This document shows, one piece after another, positions 32,554 to 41,380 of a DNA stretch of 64,000 bases (positions within the stretch are counted from its first letter, which is position 1; every line of letters begins with the position of its first letter). The notes below the pieces were generated by a model, which did not search any database, was not told the origin of the DNA, and saw only the letters and a list, made by a program, of their open reading frames with translations. Location of the stretch: the NCBI GenBank assembly GCA_963842085.1, contig CAWJET010000001.1, positions 2,528,001 through 2,592,000 of the forward strand, in the 5' to 3' direction. The position numbers were made by a program, and so were the translations under genes. The DNA comes from an uncultured delta proteobacterium (GTDB taxonomy: Bacteria; Desulfobacterota; Binatia; Binatales; Binataceae).

Positions 32554-33735
32554 CTATTGACGCCCGGTCGGCTTGCGGGAGGTGCCTGTAGGTACGGCTC
32601 CTGCCAGGCCGAACCGGTTCAGCATTCGGTAAACCGTGTAGCGCGATACGCCCAACAGTTCGGCCGCGCGATGGCAATTGCCCTCGGTCGCCTGCAGCGC
32701 GCGAATCAGCGCGAGCTTCGAGGTTTCGCGGATTACGGCGTCGAGCGAGTAGGGCCAATCCTTCGCGGCGCTATTGACCCCGCCCTCGGCCGGGTCGCAT
32801 GCGCCATTTGGCAGCATCGTGTCGACTGGCACGCCCATCGCTTCGCCACCTGTATCGTCATGGCGGAAAGGCAGGTCGTCGAGATCTACCCGGTCGCTGT
32901 CGGTCATCAGAACCGCGTTTTCGATCGCGTGCCCAAGCTCGCGGACGTTACCGAGCCATTGGTCGGCGCACAGCGCGTCCAATGCGCCCCGCGAAACGAA
33001 CTTCACATTCTTCTCGAACAGGCGGTTGAAATGCTCGATGAAATGGGCGACGAAAGCTGGGATTGCCTCGCGCCGCTCGCGCAGCGGTGGGACCAGGATA
33101 GAGGCTGCGTTGAGGCGGTAGTACAGGTCGTCTCGAAATCGACCCGCCTTCACCATCGCGCGTAGCTCGCGATTACTCGCCGCGACCAGCCGAATATCAA
33201 CCGGGTACGAACGCGACGAACCGACCGGCTGGATTTCGTGAGTCTCAACCGCCCGCAGCAGCTTGGGTTGCAGTCGCAGCGGGAGCTCTCCGATCTCGTC
33301 CAGGAACAGGGTTCCGCCATTGGCGGAGCGGAAATAGCCGAGCAAATCCTCCCGCGCATCGGTGAAGGCGCCGCGCACATGGCCGAAGAGCTGCGATTCG
33401 GCCAGCGACTCGACTAGGTTGGAGCAATTGAAGGTGACGAACGGGCCGCCCGCGGTCGAGCCCAACATATGCAATGCTCGAGCAACGAGTTCCTTACCGG
33501 TTCCGGATTCGCCGTGAATCAGGACAGTTGCTTTGTACGGACTCAAGCGTGAAATGGTTTTCAGCACTCTGCGCACTTGCGCCGACCTCACCACCATCCC
33601 GCCAACCCTCTCCGAGCCATGCGCAAGATGCTCCAGACTCAACCATTCGCACGCGGCAGCCGCCGGCTCGGCGCGAAGATTACTCATCGCAGCCGCGACC
33701 GGCGAGGCGTTCGCCGAGTACTCATGAAGGGGCAT
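32554..33735 (-). CDS. Sigma-54-dependent enhancer-binding protein (AAA+ plus Fis HTH), no receiver domain
   Basis: GESGTGKE Walker A; ESQLFGHVRGAFTDA; GTLFLDEIG; GRFRDDLYYRL; WLGNVREL; C-terminal AAELLGVSR HTH. Confidence 0.93.
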   Translation of the reverse strand: MPLHEYSANASPVAAAMSNLRAEPAAAACEWLSLEHLAHGSERVGGMVVRSAQVRRVLKTISRLSPYKATVLIHGESGTGKELVARALHMLGSTAGGPFVTFNCSNLVESLAESQLFGHVRGAFTDAREDLLGYFRSANGGTLFLDEIGELPLRLQPKLLRAVETHEIQPVGSSRSYPVDIRLVAASNRELRAMVKAGRFRDDLYYRLNAASILVPPLRERREAIPAFVAHFIEHFNRLFEKNVKFVSRGALDALCADQWLGNVRELGHAIENAVLMTDSDRVDLDDLPFRHDDTGGEAMGVPVDTMLPNGACDPAEGGVNSAAKDWPYSLDAVIRETSKLALIRALQATEGNCHRAAELLGVSRYTVYRMLNRFGLAGAVPTGTSRKPTGRQ

Positions 33736-34037
33736 CTTTGGTTCCTTCCCTAGCGCGTATATCGGTCTGCAGCTGTCAAACTATTCAATTCTGATTTTTA
33801 TCATCAGGATCAAGCCGAGGCAAGTTTACTTATGTTTTATTATCGCATCTTCTATCATGCCGAGCGGGGTGCATTCGCGACGCGATGATAGCCACCTTTG
33901 GCTATCCGCGATGCAACAAATCGCTCGAGTGCAACAAGATCAAAAGATTCAAATTCGTATCACAATGGCCGGAGCAGCCCGAAATAACCAATGAATCCGG
34001 TACAAATCTGACGGTTGTGTTCGAAAAGCACATTTCT

Positions 34038-34053
34038 TGGCCCCGCCTTTGCT
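34038..34053 (+). promoter_or_regulatory. Putative sigma-54 -24/-12 promoter
   Basis: TGGC-CCCGCCT-TTGCT has the exact GG-N10-GC spacing, ~75 bp upstream of the receiver gene and divergent from the bEBP. Confidence 0.55.
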
Positions 34054-34126
34054 ACATCGCAAAAAAGAGTGTCTGTGAACGCCTGGGAACCAGGCGGGGA
34101 CAGGCTCATCCAAGGAGGAGCCAGTT

Positions 34127-34549
34127 ATGGCAGTGCGAGTGCTCATTGCGGACAGCTCGGGGATCGTGCGCGATACTATACGCAGTCATCTCGAGTGCGC
34201 CGGATGCCAGGTGGTAGCGGAAACCATGACCGTTGCACAGACAATTGACCTCGTTCGAACGACGCGTCCTGATGTGATCACTCTCGACATCGGGCTGCGC
34301 AGTGCCCAAGGTCTCGGCGCGTTATCGTTGTTCAGGACGATTCGTAGGACGTCGCCGGCGACATCGATCTTGGTCGTTGGCGCGGCACAATCATCGGACA
34401 ACCAGCGAATCTACCGGCGCAAGGGCGCGCTCGAATGTATCGCGGAGCCGCTCGACAATTTCGGGCTGAAGCGGATGTGGCGACGGCTGTCGGACACCTT
34501 TCCAGAGCTCAAACGCAGCAAAGAGGCCGCCCCCGAGCGCCGAATCTAA
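34127..34549 (+). CDS. Stand-alone response regulator receiver domain (atypical)
   Basis: RVLIADSS...RPDVITLDIGL; AGGAGG RBS; the conserved Lys position appears replaced (IAEP). Confidence 0.8.
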   Translation: MAVRVLIADSSGIVRDTIRSHLECAGCQVVAETMTVAQTIDLVRTTRPDVITLDIGLRSAQGLGALSLFRTIRRTSPATSILVVGAAQSSDNQRIYRRKGALECIAEPLDNFGLKRMWRRLSDTFPELKRSKEAAPERRI

Positions 34550-34621
34550 CCGACCGTCAGCTTTTAAGTTGAGACCGGCTGACTGGCTGCGCATTGACTC
34601 ATTGCACGAACCCCGGAATTC

Positions 34622-34927
34622 GGTCACCCCGGAAACCTGGGCGCCAAAGGCTCGTCCCCCATCGACGTGCGGGACACCATCGCTGACAGGCGTGCGTCGT
34701 GGGCAGCACTGCAGCGGCGTCCGTGCACACTCCATCGCATCGGTGCAGCGCGCAATAACTATTTCAGGATGGGCACGCGCACATTGCGGGAGTACTGTTT
34801 TTTCGCGGCGCGACGGCGCAGGCCCTCCCATCGATTACGTGGATGCGCGCACTTCCCGGAGGGTGCCACTGTCGTACAGTGGTGCGGTAAGTATTTCAGC
34901 GAAGACAGGCAAGAACAGAAAAGGGTA
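34622..34927 (+). repeat. Intergenic repeat family, two copies
   Basis: GGTCACCCCGGAAACCTGGGCGCCAAAGGCTCGTCCCCCATCGA...TAACTATTTCAG; CCCATCGA...CCACTGTCGTACAGTGGTGCGGTAAGTATTTCAGCGAAGACAGGCAAGAACAGAAAAGGGTA. Confidence 0.88.
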
Positions 34928-34993
34928 CCTCGTCCCCGACACTCTTGGTGCCAGCTATCCGCAGGTGCGATGATGACCTGATGCGCTGGGGCG

Positions 34994-35465
34994 CTAAGGG
35001 CTCTGGTGCCGTTGTCCGCTACCGAGCGGCCAGACCCTCTGGATCATGGCGAACAGAAAAGCCGTGGTTAGTCCGAATAGCAGCATACCATCTAGCGCCT
35101 CCAATACGCCCATTAACTGCCAGCGATCTTCAAGAAACCGGTTCGCGTGGCCATAGGTGGTCATCGCGCTGAGCGAGTAGAGCATCGCGGACCAGGTCGT
35201 CTGGCAGCGCGCCCAGAAACCGGTACGCGGCGGCCCAAATGACCCCCTCGATTCCGTGCAGAAGCGTGGCCAGCAAGGCTGTAACGCCCATGACCACTGC
35301 GAATCTGGGCATGACCCTGCTGCGATCCACGGACGCGCTCAGTGCACCGACAACTCTTTCACTGACGAGAGCGAGGCCGCATACGTGAATCACCACCGTC
35401 AGCACAATCAAAGGTAGGCTCCAAGCCCAGTCGCCGATCCATGTGCCGACGTTCGTTGGATTCAT
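34994..35465 (-). pseudogene. Small two-TM ion-channel-like (Ion_trans_2) membrane protein, frameshifted
   Basis: LHGIEGVIWAAAY, then in another frame MLYSLSAMTTYGH (pore-like) WQLMGVLEALDGMLLFGLTTAFL. Confidence 0.7.
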
Positions 35466-35626
35466 CTTTCCCCCTGATGGCTGGCGTTTCTCGCACCCGA
35501 AATCGTCCGAAGCATCTGCAATGGATTACAAGCCAGCCAACTTCACAACCGAAGCGCTGAAGCGCAGCGCCGAAGCAGCCCGCAGGTCTGGCCGAATCCG
35601 ATGCGTCCCTCCAGGCGACAAATGTG

Positions 35627-35850
35627 TCATAGGCTGGTCTTTGCTTCGATCTCAGCTTCGAAAGTCGCGAGTTCCTTCTCAAGCTTCTCCACGTGCTTCG
35701 CAGTTGATTCCAAGAGGTTGGAGCGGCCGAGCGAGATGTTCTCGCTTAAACTGGCCTCCCTGAACAATTCCTCGGCGCGGCGAAGAGCCTTCTTGGTATT
35801 GCGGATGCCATTTTCAGCTCCTCGATCGTGAGCTTCGTCGAATCAGCCAT
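35627..35850 (-). pseudogene. Small coiled-coil protein with one frameshift in an A-run
   Basis: MADSTKLTIEELK joins NGIRNTKKALRRAEELF...VEKLEKELATFEAEIEAK if one A is added near 35812. Confidence 0.4.
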
Positions 35851-36093
35851 CGTCTGGTTCCTTAGAGCGTAGGGTAAGGGAAATCAGGTTACAGGGATAT
35901 GCACATGAGCCAGCTGCGCGCTTACGGTGCAAACGCCGCCGGTCGGGCTGACGGCGCTCGGATGGTGGCGATCCCGTCTTGCGTCTCGTAGATGATGTCC
36001 TGAAATGCCATCTCCGTCTCCTTCGGCCGCGTCGCATCATCTCGCCGGTTACCTCGCGCTCGAACAGGCTGCGCTCGTCTCAGCGTTAGGCGA

Positions 36094-36324
36094 TCACTCT
36101 ACGATTTCAAGAGTAACCCTGCGGTTCTTCCGCGCTGCGACCGCGGTCAGAATCGTGCGAATCGATTTTGCGGTATGGCCCTGCTTGCCGATCACCCGTC
36201 CAAGGTCTTCCTTCGCAACCCGCAGCTCGAGCACCGAGGCGGTCTCGCCCTGCGTTTCCTTCACCTCCACCGCGTCAGGATTGTTTACCAATTGTTGTGC
36301 GATGAACTGAACGAGCTCCTTCAT
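36094..36324 (-). CDS. khpA: KH-domain RNA-binding protein (KhpA/YlqC family)
   Basis: MKELVQFIAQQLVNNPDAV...LELRVAKEDLGRVIGKQG..AKSIRTIL, with the GxxG KH motif; 76 aa. Confidence 0.9.
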   Translation of the reverse strand: MKELVQFIAQQLVNNPDAVEVKETQGETASVLELRVAKEDLGRVIGKQGHTAKSIRTILTAVAARKNRRVTLEIVE

Positions 36325-36628
36325 GGGGTAACTCCGTTGAAGAAGTCGAACGAAAGTTTTTACAGGCCGCCATTACCCAGCCTAGTCTTAAGTAGGTCTT
36401 ATAGATACGTGCCTATAGTTATTACAGCCCACCTTGAATTTAGGACACTGGATTCACCCTGCAGCTGCCGCACCGATGGCGCGATCGTGCAGGCGGCGCA
36501 TGACACGCTGGTCGCGTCCAATTCGCCCGAATTCGTTGCCGCGCGTTCCGCGCTTCGGGGAAGAAAGAAAAAGCCCCAGATTGCTACGGGGCTATGTGAC
36601 CGAATCGACGATCGGTTGAAATCGATTC

Positions 36629-37093
36629 TTACTTTATGAGCTTCTTGGTTTCCTTAATCGTAGCGGTTGCCTCGTCGGCCTTGCTCCTCAGCGCCTCAAG
36701 CAGTTCCGGTATATGCTGCAAGGCATTAATTCGAACCTGACGTGAAGCATCGAGCAGCCGAGTCGATCCGGGAATCGGAAGCGGATACCAATCGAAATCA
36801 CCACTACGCGGATCTCTTTTCCCTTCCCGGACCCGCACGGCAAGCGACCAATCGGTGCCGATCTTCGCAAAACCAAGTTCGGTATCCTGGTACATATATT
36901 CGCTGATTTTGATACTCGTGAGCGAATCGGGAACCCATACGTCAAACCCGAGATTCATCTTGGTGAGCTGGGTTTCCACCGACGCCAATACGGAGTTAAC
37001 CGTCTCGGTTCCCGCATTCAGCTCGCTCGCGCTTTTGTTGAGTTCGGAAAGCAGATTAGAAAAGTCGACGTCAGTCATTGGATTCAGGGCCAT
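36629..37093 (-). CDS. Hypothetical protein
   Basis: 154-aa ORF with a helical-beta-helical, protein-like composition; no family recognised. Confidence 0.65.
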   Translation of the reverse strand: MALNPMTDVDFSNLLSELNKSASELNAGTETVNSVLASVETQLTKMNLGFDVWVPDSLTSIKISEYMYQDTELGFAKIGTDWSLAVRVREGKRDPRSGDFDWYPLPIPGSTRLLDASRQVRINALQHIPELLEALRSKADEATATIKETKKLIK

Positions 37094-38373
37094 TCCGGCT
37101 GTTATGAGCAGCTTCCACCGCTCGATTTGTTTGCCGATCGGTCACAACCAGCAGGTTCAATTCTAGCGGCATCTCGCTCGAATCAAGCACGAATTCAAGC
37201 GAGGTGTTCAAACTCGGACGATAATTTCGTGATGCCCGGAGTGCTGCCAGTCGCGCTCGAGGGCACGGCAAGGTTGATCGTCGAGCCGTGCGTGCTGTGG
37301 TCGCAGTATGCTGTGGTCGCAGTATAAGGAAGCCGAATTTCGCGAGCAGATGAACCAGATCCGCCGCAATCAAACGGGAAACGACGAACTCTGGATCAAC
37401 GGCGAGAACCACAGCGGCCCCTTGTTGCCGGTTGCCGCCTCGATGTTGCAGGGGGCCTGTTCGATCGTTCGTGCGCTCGCGCTCGATGTGTTCGCTGCGT
37501 TGACAACCGCGATGCTGCGGCGCTGGGTTGTCGCGCGCCCGATTGTGGTAATCCACGCATGATTTCGGGACTGGCCTCTGCGGCGAGAGCCAGCCATGAT
37601 GTCGGCGAACGCGCCCGCGACGGGCGATGATGGAACGCAGCGCTCGGAATGGAGGCAATCAATGAAAAGGTTCGCGACACTTTCAATTCTCGCTGTCGCC
37701 ACGGCGCTGACAATCTCGATTCTGACCGCCCGACCGGCGGGCTGCGCGGGGTTCTCCGATCCCGAACTCAAGGCCTTCGACCAGGCCACGATTGTTTATG
37801 TCGCGACCGTGCGCAAGGACGGCAATCAGCACGCGGGGATCGTCGTGGATATTCTCGTCTTCGGCGCGTCGCTATCAGCGTGCGCGCCCCTTACCGTCCA
37901 GTAGGAAACCAGGCTGTCGCTGGCCAGCCCTCGCTAGTCGCGCAGTCGCGCATCGAACTCAGCGGAATTAGCTCTAACCGGAGTCTGTGCGACAGGATTT
38001 GGGAGCGGCAACAACGTCTGTCGTCGAGGGAGAACATCAAAGACGGTGATTGTCGGATTCGATTCGCGCAGCACCCCATAGTCCGCTGCGATCGTCGTTA
38101 ACGTCGCGCCGGTGCTCGTCAACACGTTCGCGGTGATCCTCTGAATCGCGTATGCAGCGGACACTTTTCGATGATTAGTGAAGCTTGAAATACCCGGACT
38201 TGCCTGCTCGAAGTCGTTCGCGACGCAGTACGCCTCTGCGTAAGGGCCGCCTAGGCATCACGATGACGTGGATTAGTTATCATCGCAGCCAGCGCCGAGC
38301 CTGAGGCGGACTCGCTGGCCTCGAGCCCGATGACAAGCCGGGCCAGCGCGATGTAGTGTTACGCTAGGCCGTA

Positions 38374-41343
38374 ATGAGTGGATATCCCGCCGCTGAGAAT
38401 CCTCCCGCCGCCGGTCGCTTGCAATACCGATTTACCTCTGCGCACCAGCGGCTTCGCGAAACCGGTGCGCTGGATCGAATCATTTGTATCGGCTTGTTAA
38501 TCGGCACGATGGCGCTGGTCGGATGGGTGCGGCTGTTGCCCCACGCTCTAGGCGGCGTCGAGAGACCGGCCGCGGTCCTTGCGCGCGAAATGATCGCCGC
38601 CGAAGCCTACGGGCAACTGCCGGCTGATTCGCCGCAGCGGCGCGCCCCGATCGATCAAACGGTGCGCGCGTGGATGAGGGATCATCCCGCCGAATTCCAG
38701 AAATTGGATCACGAGATCGTCGGCCTGCTCGCTTCGGAATTTCGCTATATGGGTGACGACGGCCGCAAACACGTCTTCCTGGGTGACTATGACAGCTACC
38801 ACTGGCTGCGAATGGCCCGCAATTATCTGCAAGCGGGAACGACCTGCGATCGCATCGTAGACGGCATCTGCCGCGACACCTACACCAACGCACCGGTAGG
38901 CCGGATCAACGTCTATAACCGCTCGCTGCATATCGCTGCGATTATCACACTCAACCGCCTAATCACTCTTTTCAGGCCCGGGTTTCCGATTCCCGCCGGC
39001 TCCTTCCTGGTGCAGGCGTTGATCGGGATGCTCGGGGTCATTCCCGCCTTCGCGATAGGGCGCCGGGTCGCGGGTAATCTCGGCGGTTTCTGTGCCTCGA
39101 TCGTGCTGGGACTCAACCCGCTCTTCCTGGGACGGAGTCTTGGAAGCGACGACGACGTCTGGAATGTCGTCCTCCCGCTCTTCACGGTCTGGGCGCTGAT
39201 CGAGGCGTCGGCCGCGCCGTCATATCGCCGGCAGATCGCTTACGCGACTCTCGGCGCGGTGTTCGTCGGCCTGCACGCCGCTTCATGGAGCGGATGGCCG
39301 TTCGCCTATGGTGTCCTGATGATCGCGCTGCTCGCGAATCTGCTCTTCGAGTCGATCAAGCTGGCGCTGCGCAGAGCACGATCGGAAATTTCATCCGGAG
39401 CCGGAGTCCGACGCGCGGCTCTGGTCGTCGCGGTCTTTTGCTTTTCGGCGTGGATTACGACCTCGCTAGCAGGCGCCTCGTACTTTGCGACCGCACGACG
39501 CATTGCACGACCGGTAGCCGCCGTACTGCGGATTCATCCGGGCGGAGCGGACGTGGCTGCGGGCTCGCGTCCGAGTCCGCCCGGCGAGAGCGTGTGGCCG
39601 CGTAGTTTTTCCTTCGTCGAGGAGCTCAAGAAGGGCGACGCGACCCAGTTCGCGCTCTGGATGGGCGGGGAATGGGTGTTGTTCGCGGGCTGCCTTGGCC
39701 TGCTCCTGTTGGCCCTCCCGCACCGACGATGGAGATGGTGGGACTTCGCCTTGCTGATCGGCGCTGCCGGTCTTTATCGGTATGGGCTGACCGCCTCGCT
39801 CACAGGCGATTGGCAACTTCCGGCGCTGATCGCTGCGCCCATCGCGGTGGCTGTTCTGATCGACCTGACGCCGAATGCCCGACCTCCGCAAGAGGATCGA
39901 AGCGCGGTTTTGATTGTAACAGTCTGGTTCTGCGCAGCGCTGTATCTGAGCTTCTCGGCCGTGCGTTTCATCACGCTCCTCGCCGTGCCCTTTGCGATCG
40001 CGTTCGGTGCGATTCCCGGCCGCGCGCATCTATGGATCAGCAGGCTCATCCGTGAACGCCAGCCGCGCTACCCGGGGCCGGTGAGCGCTGCGGTCTTCGT
40101 GCTGCTAGCCGCGTGGACAATTGTGCCGGCCAAAGCCGGCTACCTGGAGGCGCGCAACTATATGCCCGACATCAACCAGGCCTGGTGGACGACGCTGGAG
40201 GACTTGTGCGAGCAAAGCCCGCCCAACGCTATCATCAACGCGGATTGGATCTATGGATACTGGATCAAGTACGCGGCGGAGCGGCGCGTCGTGGCGGACG
40301 GGGGCTCGCTCTCGACGCACATTCCGTACTGGCTCTCGCGCGCGCTGCTGGCGCCGAATGACAATCAGGCGGTAGGCGTGTTGCGGATGCTCGATTGCGG
40401 ATCGGACGCGATGCCGCAGCCGGAGGGCCAACTGGGAGCCTACGGCAAATTGATTGCGCAGGGCCTCGACCCGATAGCGGCTCAATCGATGGTGCTGGAG
40501 ATCGCGGGTCTGGACTTCGCCGCCGCCAAGGCTCGCCTGGCGCGCAGCGGGTTGGGCGAGGCGGCACAGGCCAGCGTGCTGGCTTCCACCCATTGCGACG
40601 CGCCGCCCGCGTACCTGATTCTTTCCACCAAAATGCTGCGCTTGGGGTGGTCTCAGCTCGGTAACTGGGATTGGGACTTCCGCCGCGCCTATGCTTACGA
40701 GAACGAGCGATCGATACCGGCAGCCGCCGCGGTTGATGATCTTGCCGCTCGCTTCGGGATGCAGCCGGCGGACGCGCGCACGCTCTTTCAACAGGTGCAC
40801 GGCCCGCATTCGGACGAAGACGCACAACGATTCATCGCATCGGCGCAAGCCCTCCGTGCGGGATGGATGCCATGCGGCGGTCTCACCCGCGGCGAGCTGG
40901 TTTGCACCAGTAACCTGCCGCTATCGCAGCGCCCAACCATAACCGGCCTCGTCTATCGGCCCACCGACACTACGCTGAAAATTGGTTTTCTGTCCGACCA
41001 CGGCGAGGTTCAGCCGCGGGACGAGACGCCGGCGATCGTACTGATCGCGGGCGACAAGGAGATCGTTGAGCATACAGTGGATTCGCCGACCGACCCGGAC
41101 GTGGCGGTGATGGTCGACCTGGTGCATTCTAGGGCCCTAGTCGGCCCGTCGAATCTGATCCGCTCAACCTTCACGAGGCTGGTGCTGCTCGACGGCGACT
41201 ACAGCCCGCTCTTCACCAAAGTCTATAAAGCCACAGTGATCGGAGAGACTGTAACCGCGTGGAAGATCAACTGGCCGGACCTTGAAAGATCGAGCTCGGG
41301 CCCGAACCCGAAACAACCGTCCACGCCTTCACCCGGCGCGTAA
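38374..41343 (+). CDS. STT3/AglB/PglB-family oligosaccharyltransferase
   Basis: GDYDSYHWLRMA (EL1 Asp); LGRSLGSDDD (DxD); SWSGW; FVEEL (TIxE/SVSE-like); RFITLLAVP; IINADWIYGYWIKY..RRVVADGG (WWDYG-position variant); many TM helices plus a soluble C-terminal domain. Confidence 0.88.
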   Translation: MSGYPAAENPPAAGRLQYRFTSAHQRLRETGALDRIICIGLLIGTMALVGWVRLLPHALGGVERPAAVLAREMIAAEAYGQLPADSPQRRAPIDQTVRAWMRDHPAEFQKLDHEIVGLLASEFRYMGDDGRKHVFLGDYDSYHWLRMARNYLQAGTTCDRIVDGICRDTYTNAPVGRINVYNRSLHIAAIITLNRLITLFRPGFPIPAGSFLVQALIGMLGVIPAFAIGRRVAGNLGGFCASIVLGLNPLFLGRSLGSDDDVWNVVLPLFTVWALIEASAAPSYRRQIAYATLGAVFVGLHAASWSGWPFAYGVLMIALLANLLFESIKLALRRARSEISSGAGVRRAALVVAVFCFSAWITTSLAGASYFATARRIARPVAAVLRIHPGGADVAAGSRPSPPGESVWPRSFSFVEELKKGDATQFALWMGGEWVLFAGCLGLLLLALPHRRWRWWDFALLIGAAGLYRYGLTASLTGDWQLPALIAAPIAVAVLIDLTPNARPPQEDRSAVLIVTVWFCAALYLSFSAVRFITLLAVPFAIAFGAIPGRAHLWISRLIRERQPRYPGPVSAAVFVLLAAWTIVPAKAGYLEARNYMPDINQAWWTTLEDLCEQSPPNAIINADWIYGYWIKYAAERRVVADGGSLSTHIPYWLSRALLAPNDNQAVGVLRMLDCGSDAMPQPEGQLGAYGKLIAQGLDPIAAQSMVLEIAGLDFAAAKARLARSGLGEAAQASVLASTHCDAPPAYLILSTKMLRLGWSQLGNWDWDFRRAYAYENERSIPAAAAVDDLAARFGMQPADARTLFQQVHGPHSDEDAQRFIASAQALRAGWMPCGGLTRGELVCTSNLPLSQRPTITGLVYRPTDTTLKIGFLSDHGEVQPRDETPAIVLIAGDKEIVEHTVDSPTDPDVAVMVDLVHSRALVGPSNLIRSTFTRLVLLDGDYSPLFTKVYKATVIGETVTAWKINWPDLERSSSGPNPKQPSTPSPGA

Positions 41344-41380
41344 GCCGCGCACGCGAAATAGCCGCGCGCCGGCATTGCGG

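Noticed and set aside
25523-34927. CRISPR array or canonical integron attC array as the explanation for the repeats
   Set aside because: The units are over 100 bp, degenerate and irregularly spaced, with no cas genes. There are no paired RYYYAAC...GTTRRRY ends and no intI in the window.
37661-37830. Exported pyridoxamine-oxidase-like gene start (VYVATVRKDGNQ)
   Set aside because: Only a short truncated fragment, too little to call.
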